A program made the translations under genes and the position numbers. The notes beneath the pieces were generated by a model. That model was given only the letters and a program-made list of their open reading frames with translations, was not told the origin of the DNA and ran no database searches. From Bacteroidales bacterium (GTDB taxonomy: Bacteria; Bacteroidota; Bacteroidia; Bacteroidales; CG2-30-32-10), in contig DAOQAK010000009.1 of the NCBI GenBank assembly GCA_035353855.1, positions 15,777 through 79,776 of the forward strand: DNA of 64,000 nucleotides, given 5' to 3'. The number at the start of each line of letters is the position of its first letter. Within the stretch, counting starts at the first letter, position 1. Shown here piece after piece: positions 38,066 through 46,869 of the stretch.

Positions 38066-38674
38066 ATGAAAATAGTTGATGCAAAAGGAAAACTTTGTCC
38101 GGTTCCGATCATAATGACCAAGAAGGCTATTAATGAAATTAAAGAAAACGAGAGTTTAAAAATTTTAATTGATAATGAAACATCAGTAAAAAATGTAACA
38201 CGTTTTCTGGAAGAAAATGGAATGAAAGTTCATACCGAAAAGAAAGGAAATGTTTTTGAACTTACTGTTAATAAAACAGGCAACATTCCTGAAAGTGCCA
38301 ATGCTGAAGACTATTGCCAGGTTGAGGATGTGAAAGTTTCAAATTATGTTGTGTCCATTCAACGCAACAGGTTGGGCGATGGTGCAGAAGAATTGGGAAC
38401 CATTTTAATTAAAGGATTTATAAATACACTTCCTGAAATTGATGTAAAACCAAAAACTATTGTGTTTCTGAATTCCGGGATATTTCTGGCGTTGAAAGAT
38501 TCGCCGGTTTTGGAATCGTTGAAGAAACTAGAAAATTCAGGAGTTGAAATTCTTGCTTGCGGAACTTGTTTGGATTATTATAAAAAGAAAGAAGAGTTAG
38601 GAGTTGGAAAAATTTCGAATATGTATGATATCCTTGAAAGATTGAGTAAAGCAGGGAATGTGATTTATCCGTAA
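38066..38674 (+). CDS. yedF: selenium metabolism protein YedF (TusA-like CPxP domain fused to a DsrE-like domain)
   Basis: 202 aa; N-terminal GKLCPVPIIMTKKAI TusA motif; C-terminal DsrE/DsrF-like fold; adjacent to selD. Confidence 0.75.
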   Translation: MKIVDAKGKLCPVPIIMTKKAINEIKENESLKILIDNETSVKNVTRFLEENGMKVHTEKKGNVFELTVNKTGNIPESANAEDYCQVEDVKVSNYVVSIQRNRLGDGAEELGTILIKGFINTLPEIDVKPKTIVFLNSGIFLALKDSPVLESLKKLENSGVEILACGTCLDYYKKKEELGVGKISNMYDILERLSKAGNVIYP

Positions 38675-38684
38675 TTTATATTGA

Positions 38685-38906
38685 ATGAAAAATTTTATCC
38701 TGATATTTGAATCAATTCATCATGTTCTGAAAGCGGAAAAAATTCTGGCGACGAATAAAATCAGTTTTGATATTATTCCAACGCCAAAGGAATTTTCATC
38801 CGATTGCGGAATGTCAGTAAGGGTAAGCTTTTCAGAAGATATGGAAATGATAAAATCATTACTAAAGAAAAATAATTTGAATTTTAAGATTCATGAAAAA
38901 GAATAG
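38685..38906 (+). CDS. DUF3343-family small protein (putative S/Se carrier, commonly next to yedF/selD)
   Basis: 73 aa with a conserved SDCG motif; genomic context. Confidence 0.6.
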   Translation: MKNFILIFESIHHVLKAEKILATNKISFDIIPTPKEFSSDCGMSVRVSFSEDMEMIKSLLKKNNLNFKIHEKE

Positions 38907-39945
38907 TCCGCTAAAGTTTGATTTGTTGAGTACTGTTGAATATGGCGGCTGCTCAGCCAAGTTGCCTGCTAAAGAACTTAGCAAAGCGCTTGCTGATTTG
39001 CCAAAAATCTCTGATAAAAATTTATTGGTCGATATTGAAACCCACGACGATGCCGGTGTTTATAAAATTAATGATGATTTGGCATTAATACAAACAACTG
39101 ATTTTTTCCCGCCTGTTTGCTCCGATGCTTACGAATTCGGACAGATTGCAGCAGCAAATGCGTTAAGCGATGTGTATGCAATGGGAGGCGAAGTGCTTAC
39201 CGTGCTTAATATTGTAATGTTTCCGGCAAAAGTACCTTTGGAAATTTTAAAAGAAATATTGAAAGGCGGAACCGATAAAATTATTGAAGCTGGCGGCGTA
39301 ATTATGGGCGGACATACTATTGTTGATGAAATTCCGAAATATGGATTGGCTGTTACAGGTAAAGTGCATCCCCAAAAAATAATTACCAATTCAGCAGCAA
39401 ACCCCGGTGATAAGCTTTTGCTCACGAAACCTTTAGGTGCTGGAATTATTCTTGCGGGAAAAAGAATTGGTGAAGTAAACGATGAAAATCATCAGGTTGT
39501 TTTGGAAAGTATGAAGCAGTTAAATAAAAATGCTTCGGAAATAATGCAGAAATATAATATTAAATGTGCAACTGATATTACCGGCTTTGGCTTGATTGGC
39601 CATGCTTTGAAGATGGCTCAGGGAAGTAATGTTACAATAAAAATTGATTCCAAAAAAGTTCCGGCATTTGCTCAATCTCTTGAATTGCTTGATATGGGAT
39701 GCATTCCGGGTGCATGTTTTCGAAATCTTGAATATGTTGAAAACGATTGTATGTTTGAAAAATCACTATCATATAATCATAAAATGCTTCTGCTTGATGC
39801 ACAAACATCAGGCGGAATGCTGATTTGCTGTCCTGATAATAATGTTGAACAAATGAGAAATGATTTAATTAGATCAGGATATCCAACAACATCAGTGATT
39901 GGAGAAGTTGTAAAAAAAGAAAATAAAAATATAATTGTATATTGA
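38893..39945 (+). CDS. selD: selenide, water dikinase (selenophosphate synthetase), Cys-containing form
   Basis: 350 aa AIR-synthase-related fold; N-terminal GGCSAKL motif carrying Cys (not Sec) at the catalytic position. Confidence 0.85.
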   Translation: MKKNSPLKFDLLSTVEYGGCSAKLPAKELSKALADLPKISDKNLLVDIETHDDAGVYKINDDLALIQTTDFFPPVCSDAYEFGQIAAANALSDVYAMGGEVLTVLNIVMFPAKVPLEILKEILKGGTDKIIEAGGVIMGGHTIVDEIPKYGLAVTGKVHPQKIITNSAANPGDKLLLTKPLGAGIILAGKRIGEVNDENHQVVLESMKQLNKNASEIMQKYNIKCATDITGFGLIGHALKMAQGSNVTIKIDSKKVPAFAQSLELLDMGCIPGACFRNLEYVENDCMFEKSLSYNHKMLLLDAQTSGGMLICCPDNNVEQMRNDLIRSGYPTTSVIGEVVKKENKNIIVY

Positions 39946-39954
39946 AATTATAAA

Positions 39955-40025
39955 ATTGATTAGCCCCGACCTTTAGGTCGGGGAACAATATTAAAAATTA
40001 AAAGGGCTTTAGCCCAAATAAAAAT
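39955..40025. repeat. second copy of the hairpin-pair intergenic repeat (CCCCGACC-TTTA-GGTCGGGG plus AAAGGGCTTTAGCCC)
   Basis: Read directly; homologous to 17340-17460. Confidence 0.55.
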
Positions 40026-40389
40026 AAAAAATAAAAATGTCGCACTCTATAAGTAAATACTGATTCATCAAAAGCACTGCAAGTAATTTGCAGCAGCATC
40101 AATATTTCAGGTGTCAATTGATATCTGGTGCTTCTATTGTGGGCATTGAGCTTTATGCTTTTTGTAAAGAAAAAAATATTATTTGTAATTTTTCAAAAGC
40201 TGAAAAATTTTCAGCATAACCTCTCTTTTTCTAATTCCTTATATTTTTTATTTCAATTAATTTTTTCTGAATTATTTTTCTTGCGAGGAATCGTGATACT
40301 CCTTGTCCTTCCTGCGTTTTATGAAAATAAATTAAAATCAATAAATAATCTCTTAAACAAATTAAGTATTAACCAAAAACAAAACTATT

Positions 40390-41667
40390 ATGGCAGATTA
40401 TCATGAAATGTGGGCAAGTCTGGGACTTGACCTCAAAACGCACGACATGGTTTTAGAAATCGTGGGCAAAGCTTATCAGGACATTTTTCTTTCGCAAAAG
40501 CACAGACCGAAAGGCATGTCCTATTTTGATTTCGTAATGAGCGAAATTCACGGATTACGTATAAAAGAAATCATGGATGCTAAAGCACAAGGCAGAAAAG
40601 TAGTTGGAACATTTTGTGTTTTTGTTCCCGAAGAATTAGTGCTGGCAGTAGATGCGGTCTGTATCGGACTTTGCGCTGGTGCTGAGTTAGGTTTCGAGGA
40701 AGCTGAAAAATTCCTACCACGAAATACATGTTCGCTTATAAAAGCTGCATTTGGATTTAAGCTCGCAAAGGTTTGTCCTTACATCGAAACAACAGATTTG
40801 ATTGTTGGAGAAAACACTTGCGATGGAAAGAAAAAAGCTTACGAAAGTTATAAAGATATCGTAGGAAATTTATATGTGATGGATTTACCGCAGATGAAAT
40901 CGCTTGAAGGACGCGCTCTTCTGAAAGCTGAATATAAAAAGTTTGCTCAGAAACTTGAACAAATGTCCGGCAAAAAAATTACGATAGAAAGTTTAAAGAA
41001 AGGAATTGAAATTGCAAATAACAAACGCAGAGCAATTCATCGATTGGCTTCGCTTCGCAGTGTTAATCCTGCACCAATATCAGGACTTGATGCATTGCTT
41101 GCTAACCAGGTATTTTTCTATGATGATCCTGAAAGATTCACGGCTTCTGTTAATACGATTTGCGATGAGCTTGATGCTCGTATCAGAGAAGGTGTAGGTA
41201 TTGCAGCTAAAGGCACACCAAGAATTCTTCTATCAGGTTGTCCTATGGCTGTACCTAATTGGAAATTGCCATACATCATCGAAACTTCAAACGCTGTTAT
41301 TGTTGGTGAAGAAATGTGTACAGGTGAACGAGGCACACAAAATCTTGTTAATATAAAAGGCAATACTGTTGATGAATTGCTTGATAATATTGTTGAACGA
41401 TATTTCCAGATTGATTGTGCTGTATTCACTCCAAATTCAGGTCGATTGGAACATGTAAAAGAAATGGTAAAAAAATATAAAGCTGAAGGAGTAATACATT
41501 ATGGGCTACAATTCTGCCAGCCTTATCAGATGGAAAGTAAAACTTTGGAAAAAGAACTGGAAAAAGCCGGTATTCCTGTATTGTTAATTGAAACCGATTA
41601 CAGTCAGGAAGACGCAGGTCAGTTGAAAACAAGAATTGAAGCTTTTATAGAAAGAATTAAAAAATAA
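40390..41667 (+). CDS. 2-hydroxyacyl-CoA dehydratase / benzoyl-CoA reductase BcrC-BadD-HgdB family (double-cubane Fe-S) protein
   Basis: 425 aa; multiple conserved Cys (FCVF, VCIGLCAG, NTCDG, SGCP, EEMCTGE, FCQPY) and the overall HgdB/FldC-like pattern. Confidence 0.7.
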   Translation: MADYHEMWASLGLDLKTHDMVLEIVGKAYQDIFLSQKHRPKGMSYFDFVMSEIHGLRIKEIMDAKAQGRKVVGTFCVFVPEELVLAVDAVCIGLCAGAELGFEEAEKFLPRNTCSLIKAAFGFKLAKVCPYIETTDLIVGENTCDGKKKAYESYKDIVGNLYVMDLPQMKSLEGRALLKAEYKKFAQKLEQMSGKKITIESLKKGIEIANNKRRAIHRLASLRSVNPAPISGLDALLANQVFFYDDPERFTASVNTICDELDARIREGVGIAAKGTPRILLSGCPMAVPNWKLPYIIETSNAVIVGEEMCTGERGTQNLVNIKGNTVDELLDNIVERYFQIDCAVFTPNSGRLEHVKEMVKKYKAEGVIHYGLQFCQPYQMESKTLEKELEKAGIPVLLIETDYSQEDAGQLKTRIEAFIERIKK

Positions 41668-41765
41668 TTAATTAAGGTTATAAAGGTATAGGGGTATAAA
41701 GGTATAAGTAAATATTTCCTGTATGCCCTTATACCATATACCTAATACCTAAATAAAAAATTCAT

Positions 41766-42512
41766 ATGATTTCAGCAGGAATAGATATAGGTTCACGAAC
41801 AATAAAACTTGTTGTTGTTGAAGATGGAAAAATCAAAGTAGTAAGAAAATCAGAAAATTCTTTTGATACTATAAAAGTGTTTAATGAACTTTTAAAAGAT
41901 GTTTCTTATGATGCAATTACTTCAACAGGATATGGAAGACATTTTTTCGGTGAATATTTTAAATGCGAAATTATCAGTGAAATCAAGGCTTTTGCAATAG
42001 GAGCAAAAAATATTTTGCCTTCTTGCAAAACAATTCTTGATATTGGAGGACAGGATACAAAAGCAATATTGCTTGATGAAAAAGGTAAGTTGAAAAAATT
42101 TGAAATGAACGACAAATGTGCTGCAGGCACCGGGCGTTTCCTCGAAATCATGGCAATGGCATTGCGTTATAAATTGGATGAATTTGGCGATATGGCATTG
42201 ACAACAGATGAAACATCGAATGTAAATAGCATGTGTACTGTATTTGCAGAATCGGAAGTTGTATCGATGCTTGCACATGGCGCTGAAAGAACAAAAGTAG
42301 CAAGAGGAATACATCAATCAGTTGTAAACAGATCGGCTACACTGCTTAAAAGAGTAGGAATTGAAGATGATATTCTTTTTGCTGGTGGAGTAGCTTATAA
42401 TAATTGTATGTTGTATTTACTCGAACAACAATTACAGAAAAAAATTTTTGTTCCGAAAGACCCACAGATAATTGGAGCATTAGGCGCCGCTATGCATTGT
42501 AATTTAAATTAA
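41766..42512 (+). CDS. CoA-substrate-specific enzyme activase (BadF/BadG/BcrA/BcrD/HgdC ATPase family)
   Basis: 248 aa; acetate/sugar-kinase-fold N-terminus IDIGSRTIKLVVV and the cluster-bridging Cys motifs DKCAAGTGRFLE and SMCTVFAESEV. Confidence 0.8.
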   Translation: MISAGIDIGSRTIKLVVVEDGKIKVVRKSENSFDTIKVFNELLKDVSYDAITSTGYGRHFFGEYFKCEIISEIKAFAIGAKNILPSCKTILDIGGQDTKAILLDEKGKLKKFEMNDKCAAGTGRFLEIMAMALRYKLDEFGDMALTTDETSNVNSMCTVFAESEVVSMLAHGAERTKVARGIHQSVVNRSATLLKRVGIEDDILFAGGVAYNNCMLYLLEQQLQKKIFVPKDPQIIGALGAAMHCNLN

Positions 42513-42532
42513 AAATAATAAGCGTGGATTTG

Positions 42533-42566
42533 TTATAAAAAAAACGCATGACTTTTGTCATGCGTT
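42533..42566 (-). terminator. hairpin (AACGCATGAC-tttt-GTCATGCGTT) followed on the minus strand by a U-run; terminator for tRNA-Met, and it also closes the + strand activase gene
   Basis: Read directly; the A-run 42536-42543 becomes a T-run on the minus strand. Confidence 0.5.
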
Positions 42567-42568
42567 TG

Positions 42569-42642
42569 TGGGCCCACTTGGGCTCGAACCAAGGACCCTC
42601 AGATTATGAGTCTGATGCTCTAACCAGCTGAGCTATGAGCCC
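42569..42642 (-). tRNA. tRNA with CAT anticodon (elongator tRNA-Met, or tRNA-Ile2 if lysidine-modified)
   Basis: Reverse complement GGGCTCATAGCTCAGCTGGTTAGAGCATCAGACTCATAATCTGAGGGTCCTTGGTTCGAGCCCAAGTGGGCCCA folds as a cloverleaf with a paired 1-72 base pair, so it is not an initiator. Confidence 0.8.
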
Positions 42643-42733
42643 TGATTTCAGAAAAAATATAGATATTTGTAACTGAAACGGGTTGCAAATTAACATATAT
42701 TTTCTTAATTGTACAAGAGAAAAAAATATATTT

Positions 42734-43357
42734 ATGATAAAAAATTTAATTTTCGATTTAGGTGGTGTTATCCTGAATATCGATTTTTCAAAGTCTATTG
42801 AAGAATTCAGAAAACTAGGGATTACTAATATTGATGAATTATTTTCCCGATATTCTCAAAGTAAATTGTTTGATATGTTTGAAAAAGGAAATATATCAGA
42901 AAAAGAATTTATTGCTAATTTGAAAAAAACAATTGAAAAACCAGTTACAAATAACCAAATATATAACGCATGGAATGCTATGCTCCTTGATTTTCCAATG
43001 GACAGAATAGAATTACTTAAAGAGTTAAATAAAAAATATCGTATTTTCCTTTTAAGTAATACCAATGTAATTCATAATTCTGTATATAATGAACTATTAA
43101 ATAAAAAATATGGAATAAATGATTTAACAATGCTTTTTGAAGAAGCATATTATTCGTTTAAACTTCATATGCGAAAACCGGATAAAGAAATTTTTGAATA
43201 TGTTTTGAAAGGCAGTAAACTTAATGAAGAAGAAACTGTATTTATTGATGATTCGCCTGTTAATATAAAAACTGCTGAAAAACTGGGGATGAAAGTAGTT
43301 TTATATAACCCGGAAGATTCGTTAAAAGATGTTTTATTAGAAAATAAAATCCAATAA
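42734..43357 (+). CDS. HAD-superfamily hydrolase
   Basis: DxG motif in FDLGGVIL at the probable true start (Met 42734); the ORF-track start 42683 is probably too far upstream. Confidence 0.65.
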   Translation: MIKNLIFDLGGVILNIDFSKSIEEFRKLGITNIDELFSRYSQSKLFDMFEKGNISEKEFIANLKKTIEKPVTNNQIYNAWNAMLLDFPMDRIELLKELNKKYRIFLLSNTNVIHNSVYNELLNKKYGINDLTMLFEEAYYSFKLHMRKPDKEIFEYVLKGSKLNEEETVFIDDSPVNIKTAEKLGMKVVLYNPEDSLKDVLLENKIQ

Positions 43358-44368
43358 TTATTCCTGAAATGCAGCTTTAATATTATCAAGTACCTGTAAA
43401 ACCTGTTCTCTGTTTGTTGTCTGTAAAAGTATCATGCGGAATGATTTGAAATGATTCAAACCCTTGAAGTATCCTATAAAATGTTTTCTCATTTCGATTA
43501 CCCCGGTACGTTCACCTTTTTTTTCTATTGATAATTCAAGGTGTTCTTTGCAAACATCAATTCTTTCAGTAATACGGGGCGTCATACAATAATTACCTGT
43601 AGAAAAAAAATCTTTAATATTTCTAAAGATCCATGGATTTCCAATAGTTGCGCGGCCAAGCATGATTCCATCAACGCCATATCTTTCTTTCAATTCTTTG
43701 GCAATTTCAGGAGAATTTACATCGCCGTTACCGATAATCGGGATAAACATTCTGGGATTTGATTTTACTTTTCCAATCAATGTCCAATCGGCATTTCCTG
43801 TATATAGCTGTGCACGCGTTCTTCCGTGAATAGTGAGTGCTTTAATTCCTATATCCTGCAATTTTTCTGCAAGCTCAACTATGGGTTTATTTTTTTCATC
43901 CCATCCAATTCTTGTTTTTACTGTAACCGGTAATAATGTTGACTTTACAACAGCTTCGGTCATTTTAATCATTTTATCAATATCAAGAAGTAAAGCAGCA
44001 CCGGCGCCTTTGTTTACTACTTTTCTAACAGGGCAGCCAAAATTCAAATCAATTAAATCAGGTTTTGATTCTTCGGCAAGCTCTGTAGCTCTTTGCATGG
44101 AGCTGATATCATGACCGAAAATCTGGACTCCAATTGGTCGTTCAATATCTGAAATATCAAGTTTGGCAATACTTTTCCTTGCATCACGAATCAAACCTTC
44201 CGAAGAAATAAATTCGGTATACATAATATCAACTCCGAATTTTTTACAGATCATTCGGAAAGGCTTGTCTGTTATGTCTTCCATTGGAGCAAGAAAGAGT
44301 GGATTTTCTCCTAGCTCAATATTTCCTATTCTTAACGCCACTTGAAATAAAAAATTTATTAATTTCAC
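43358..44368 (-). CDS. dusB: tRNA-dihydrouridine synthase
   Basis: 336 aa TIM-barrel flavoenzyme; LAPMEDITDKPFR N-terminus and the conserved Cys in NFGCP. Confidence 0.8.
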   Translation of the reverse strand: MKLINFLFQVALRIGNIELGENPLFLAPMEDITDKPFRMICKKFGVDIMYTEFISSEGLIRDARKSIAKLDISDIERPIGVQIFGHDISSMQRATELAEESKPDLIDLNFGCPVRKVVNKGAGAALLLDIDKMIKMTEAVVKSTLLPVTVKTRIGWDEKNKPIVELAEKLQDIGIKALTIHGRTRAQLYTGNADWTLIGKVKSNPRMFIPIIGNGDVNSPEIAKELKERYGVDGIMLGRATIGNPWIFRNIKDFFSTGNYCMTPRITERIDVCKEHLELSIEKKGERTGVIEMRKHFIGYFKGLNHFKSFRMILLQTTNREQVLQVLDNIKAAFQE

Positions 44369-44389
44369 ACAAAATTAGAAAATAAAAGC

Positions 44390-45322
44390 ATGCTTAAACC
44401 TCCTTTTATAAATCAGCTTCCTCCTTTTTCAAAACTTTTATTATTAATACTATTAGTGTTTTCGTGTGCTATATTTACTCTTTTTTTAGGAATATTAATG
44501 GGTACATTTTTTTGGGGAAGCAACATAATGGGGAATCTTGCATCAATAGATGCTGCTGATAGTTCATCCATAGCATTACAAAAATATTTTCAAATTGTAA
44601 GTCAGTTTGGAATGTTTATTTTTCCGGTATTATTATTTGCATTCCTTGATGGAGGAAATATTTCTTCCTATTTAAAAATAAACATAAAACCTTCTTTAAG
44701 AATATTAATTCTTTCAGGATGCTGCATATTGCTTGCATTACCATTTATTAATTTCCTTTCGGAAATAAATATGAAAATGAAATTACCTGAATCGTTTGCA
44801 GGCATTGAGCAGTGGATGCGTGAATCGGAAGATAAAGCAGGTCAGGTTACAGTAATGTTTTTAAATGTATCAACAATTTGGGGTTTCCTGATAAATCTTT
44901 TTATGATAGGTATTATTCCTGCAGTTGGCGAAGAATTTTTATTCAGGGGAGTTGTTCAACCTTTATTTTTTAAATGGACAAAAAATATTCATGTTGCAGT
45001 TATTATATCCGCATTTTTATTCAGCGCTATACATTTTCAATTTTATGGATTTATTCCGCGCTTTCTTATGGGTGTACTTTTAGGTTATTCATTTGTATGG
45101 ACGGGTTCTTTATGGGTTCCTATATTCATCCATTTTGTAAATAATTCGGCAGCAGTAATTGTATCTTACCTGGTAAATAATCAATCCGCTTCAAATGCTT
45201 TTGATACAATAGGTACCGGTGAAAATGCATTGATGCCGGTAATCATCAGTATAATATTTACAACCACCACTTTGTTTCTAATTTATCAAATATCGAAAAA
45301 GAAAAATATTCATATTTTATAA
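44390..45322 (+). CDS. CPBP-family intramembrane metalloprotease (CAAX protease/Abi-like)
   Basis: Multi-TM protein with EEFLFRG and a FxxxH..H motif arrangement. Confidence 0.65.
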   Translation: MLKPPFINQLPPFSKLLLLILLVFSCAIFTLFLGILMGTFFWGSNIMGNLASIDAADSSSIALQKYFQIVSQFGMFIFPVLLFAFLDGGNISSYLKINIKPSLRILILSGCCILLALPFINFLSEINMKMKLPESFAGIEQWMRESEDKAGQVTVMFLNVSTIWGFLINLFMIGIIPAVGEEFLFRGVVQPLFFKWTKNIHVAVIISAFLFSAIHFQFYGFIPRFLMGVLLGYSFVWTGSLWVPIFIHFVNNSAAVIVSYLVNNQSASNAFDTIGTGENALMPVIISIIFTTTTLFLIYQISKKKNIHIL

Positions 45323-45330
45323 GAAGTAAT

Positions 45331-45357
45331 AAACCCGCATTTCAGCGGGCTTTTTAT
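45331..45357 (+). terminator. rho-independent terminator (CCCGC-atttca-GCGGG followed by TTTTT)
   Basis: Read directly after the CPBP stop. Confidence 0.6.
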
Positions 45358-45362
45358 TATAA

Positions 45363-46142
45363 TTATTTTTCAATTAAATCAAAGTGTATTGGAAGAACAA
45401 ACCAAACCCTTACTGTTGTACTGTTTTGTTTTCCCGGTCTCCATTTGGGCATTGAATTAATTACTCGCAGAGCTTCTTCTCCACAACCTCCGCCAATATC
45501 ATTCAATAATGTTACATTAGAAATACTACCATCTTTTTCAACTACAAATTTAACATGTACTTTTCCTTTTATTCCGTTATCTTTAGCGATTTGTGGATAA
45601 ACTATATTTTTTGAAAGGTATTCGTGCATTTTTTCAATCCCCCCAATAAATTCAGGCATTTCCTGAACATTTAAAAAAACTTCATTGTTTGAAATTGGTT
45701 CAATAGGTGAATTTTTTTCCGGTTCTTTTACAACTATTATTCCGCCATCACCTATGTCAGGAGGAGTTCCGTTTTGTGTATTATACATAAGGTCTGCAAG
45801 ACCACCATCATCATCTATTACTGCACTATCAACTAATATTGGTACAGTATAACGTTCAACTGGTAATGGCTCTGGTAACTCGGGAAGTTGGATTTCTTGT
45901 TTTTCAGGAGGTTCGCTAAGTTCAGTAAAATTGCAATCAACCTTTGTTTCAATTTTACTGCTTATATTATCTGTTAATCCAGCTAACAATGGATAGGCAA
46001 TAACACAGAAAAAAAATAGCAGAGCAAGGAATAAGGCAATGGCTACATTTTTATTGTAGCTTTTCCTTAGGAGGAAGGCACCGTAGTTTTTGTTACGCTC
46101 TTCAAAAACTACATCATCAAGATTAACGTTTTTTGTTTTCAT
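45363..46142 (-). CDS. tonB: energy transducer TonB (N-terminal TM anchor, Pro-rich linker, C-terminal TonB domain)
   Basis: 259 aa with a TM helix, a PEKQEIQLPELPEPLP linker and a TonB-C-like C-terminus. Confidence 0.65.
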   Translation of the reverse strand: MKTKNVNLDDVVFEERNKNYGAFLLRKSYNKNVAIALFLALLFFFCVIAYPLLAGLTDNISSKIETKVDCNFTELSEPPEKQEIQLPELPEPLPVERYTVPILVDSAVIDDDGGLADLMYNTQNGTPPDIGDGGIIVVKEPEKNSPIEPISNNEVFLNVQEMPEFIGGIEKMHEYLSKNIVYPQIAKDNGIKGKVHVKFVVEKDGSISNVTLLNDIGGGCGEEALRVINSMPKWRPGKQNSTTVRVWFVLPIHFDLIEK

Positions 46143-46330
46143 ACCTTATGATTTTAAATTAATTGTAATACAATTATATATTAGTGGGGAGATGAAAGAA
46201 AGTAATAGTCAGTTAAGGGAAACGACAAAAAAATTTTCGGTAGAAAAATACCAGTGAAAGGGAACGGTAAGCATTGGACTAACAATTGTTTTTAAGATTA
46301 TTGGCATTTTTTTTATCTTAGCTGTAACTT

Positions 46331-46867
46331 TTGGTTTTGTTGTTTCGTCATAAACACGAAAACACCCAATTTTCTAACATAATGACAACAGAAGAATACA
46401 ATAAGTGTGTTGATGAATTTTCTGATGGTGTATATCGATTTGTATTGCATAATATACGCGATGAGGATAAAGCTAAGGATATAGTACAGGATTCGTTCAT
46501 TAAAATGTGGGAAAAGGTTAATGATATTGAATACAAAAAAGGTCGTTCATATCTTTTTACAACAGCTTATCACACCATGATAGATGCGATTAGAAGAGAT
46601 AAAAAAATAACTAGTTTTGAAGATATCGAATATAACCAGCAGGCATGCAATAAAGAATTTTTTGGGTTAAAGGAAGTGGTAAGAAATGCGGTTAATAAAT
46701 TGCCCGAAATTCAGCGTTCAGTAGTGTTGTTGCGAGATTATGAAGGTTATTCATACGAAGAGATTGGAGAAATTACAGGACTAAACGAATCGCAGGTTAA
46801 AGTGTATATATACCGCGCCCGCTTGTTTTTAAAAGAATACATTGGCAAACTTGAAAATGTTTTATAA
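46331..46867 (+). CDS. ECF-subfamily RNA polymerase sigma-70 factor
   Basis: 178 aa with sigma-2 and sigma-4 regions (…YEEIGEITG…). Confidence 0.8.
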   Translation: MVLLFRHKHENTQFSNIMTTEEYNKCVDEFSDGVYRFVLHNIRDEDKAKDIVQDSFIKMWEKVNDIEYKKGRSYLFTTAYHTMIDAIRRDKKITSFEDIEYNQQACNKEFFGLKEVVRNAVNKLPEIQRSVVLLRDYEGYSYEEIGEITGLNESQVKVYIYRARLFLKEYIGKLENVL

Positions 46868-46869
46868 AA

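Noticed and set aside
40128-40406. 92-aa ORF upstream of the HgdB-like gene
   Set aside because: Low-complexity F/L-rich translation of an AT-rich intergenic region containing the hairpin repeat; it overlaps the real start at 40390.
42569-42642. Whether the CAT-anticodon tRNA is an initiator tRNA
   Set aside because: Position 1-72 is base-paired and the anticodon stem lacks the three consecutive G-C pairs of initiators, so it was called elongator Met (or Ile2/lysidine, which cannot be distinguished from sequence alone).
32395-42650. Looked for an in-window selenoprotein gene (a conserved ORF interrupted by in-frame TGA with a downstream hairpin) given tRNA-Sec/selA/selB
   Set aside because: None found. 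SelD, YedF, DUF3343, the ArsC-like protein and the HgdB-like protein all encode Cys at candidate positions, and their upstream in-frame stops are TAA/TAG where checked. Not excluded elsewhere in the genome.
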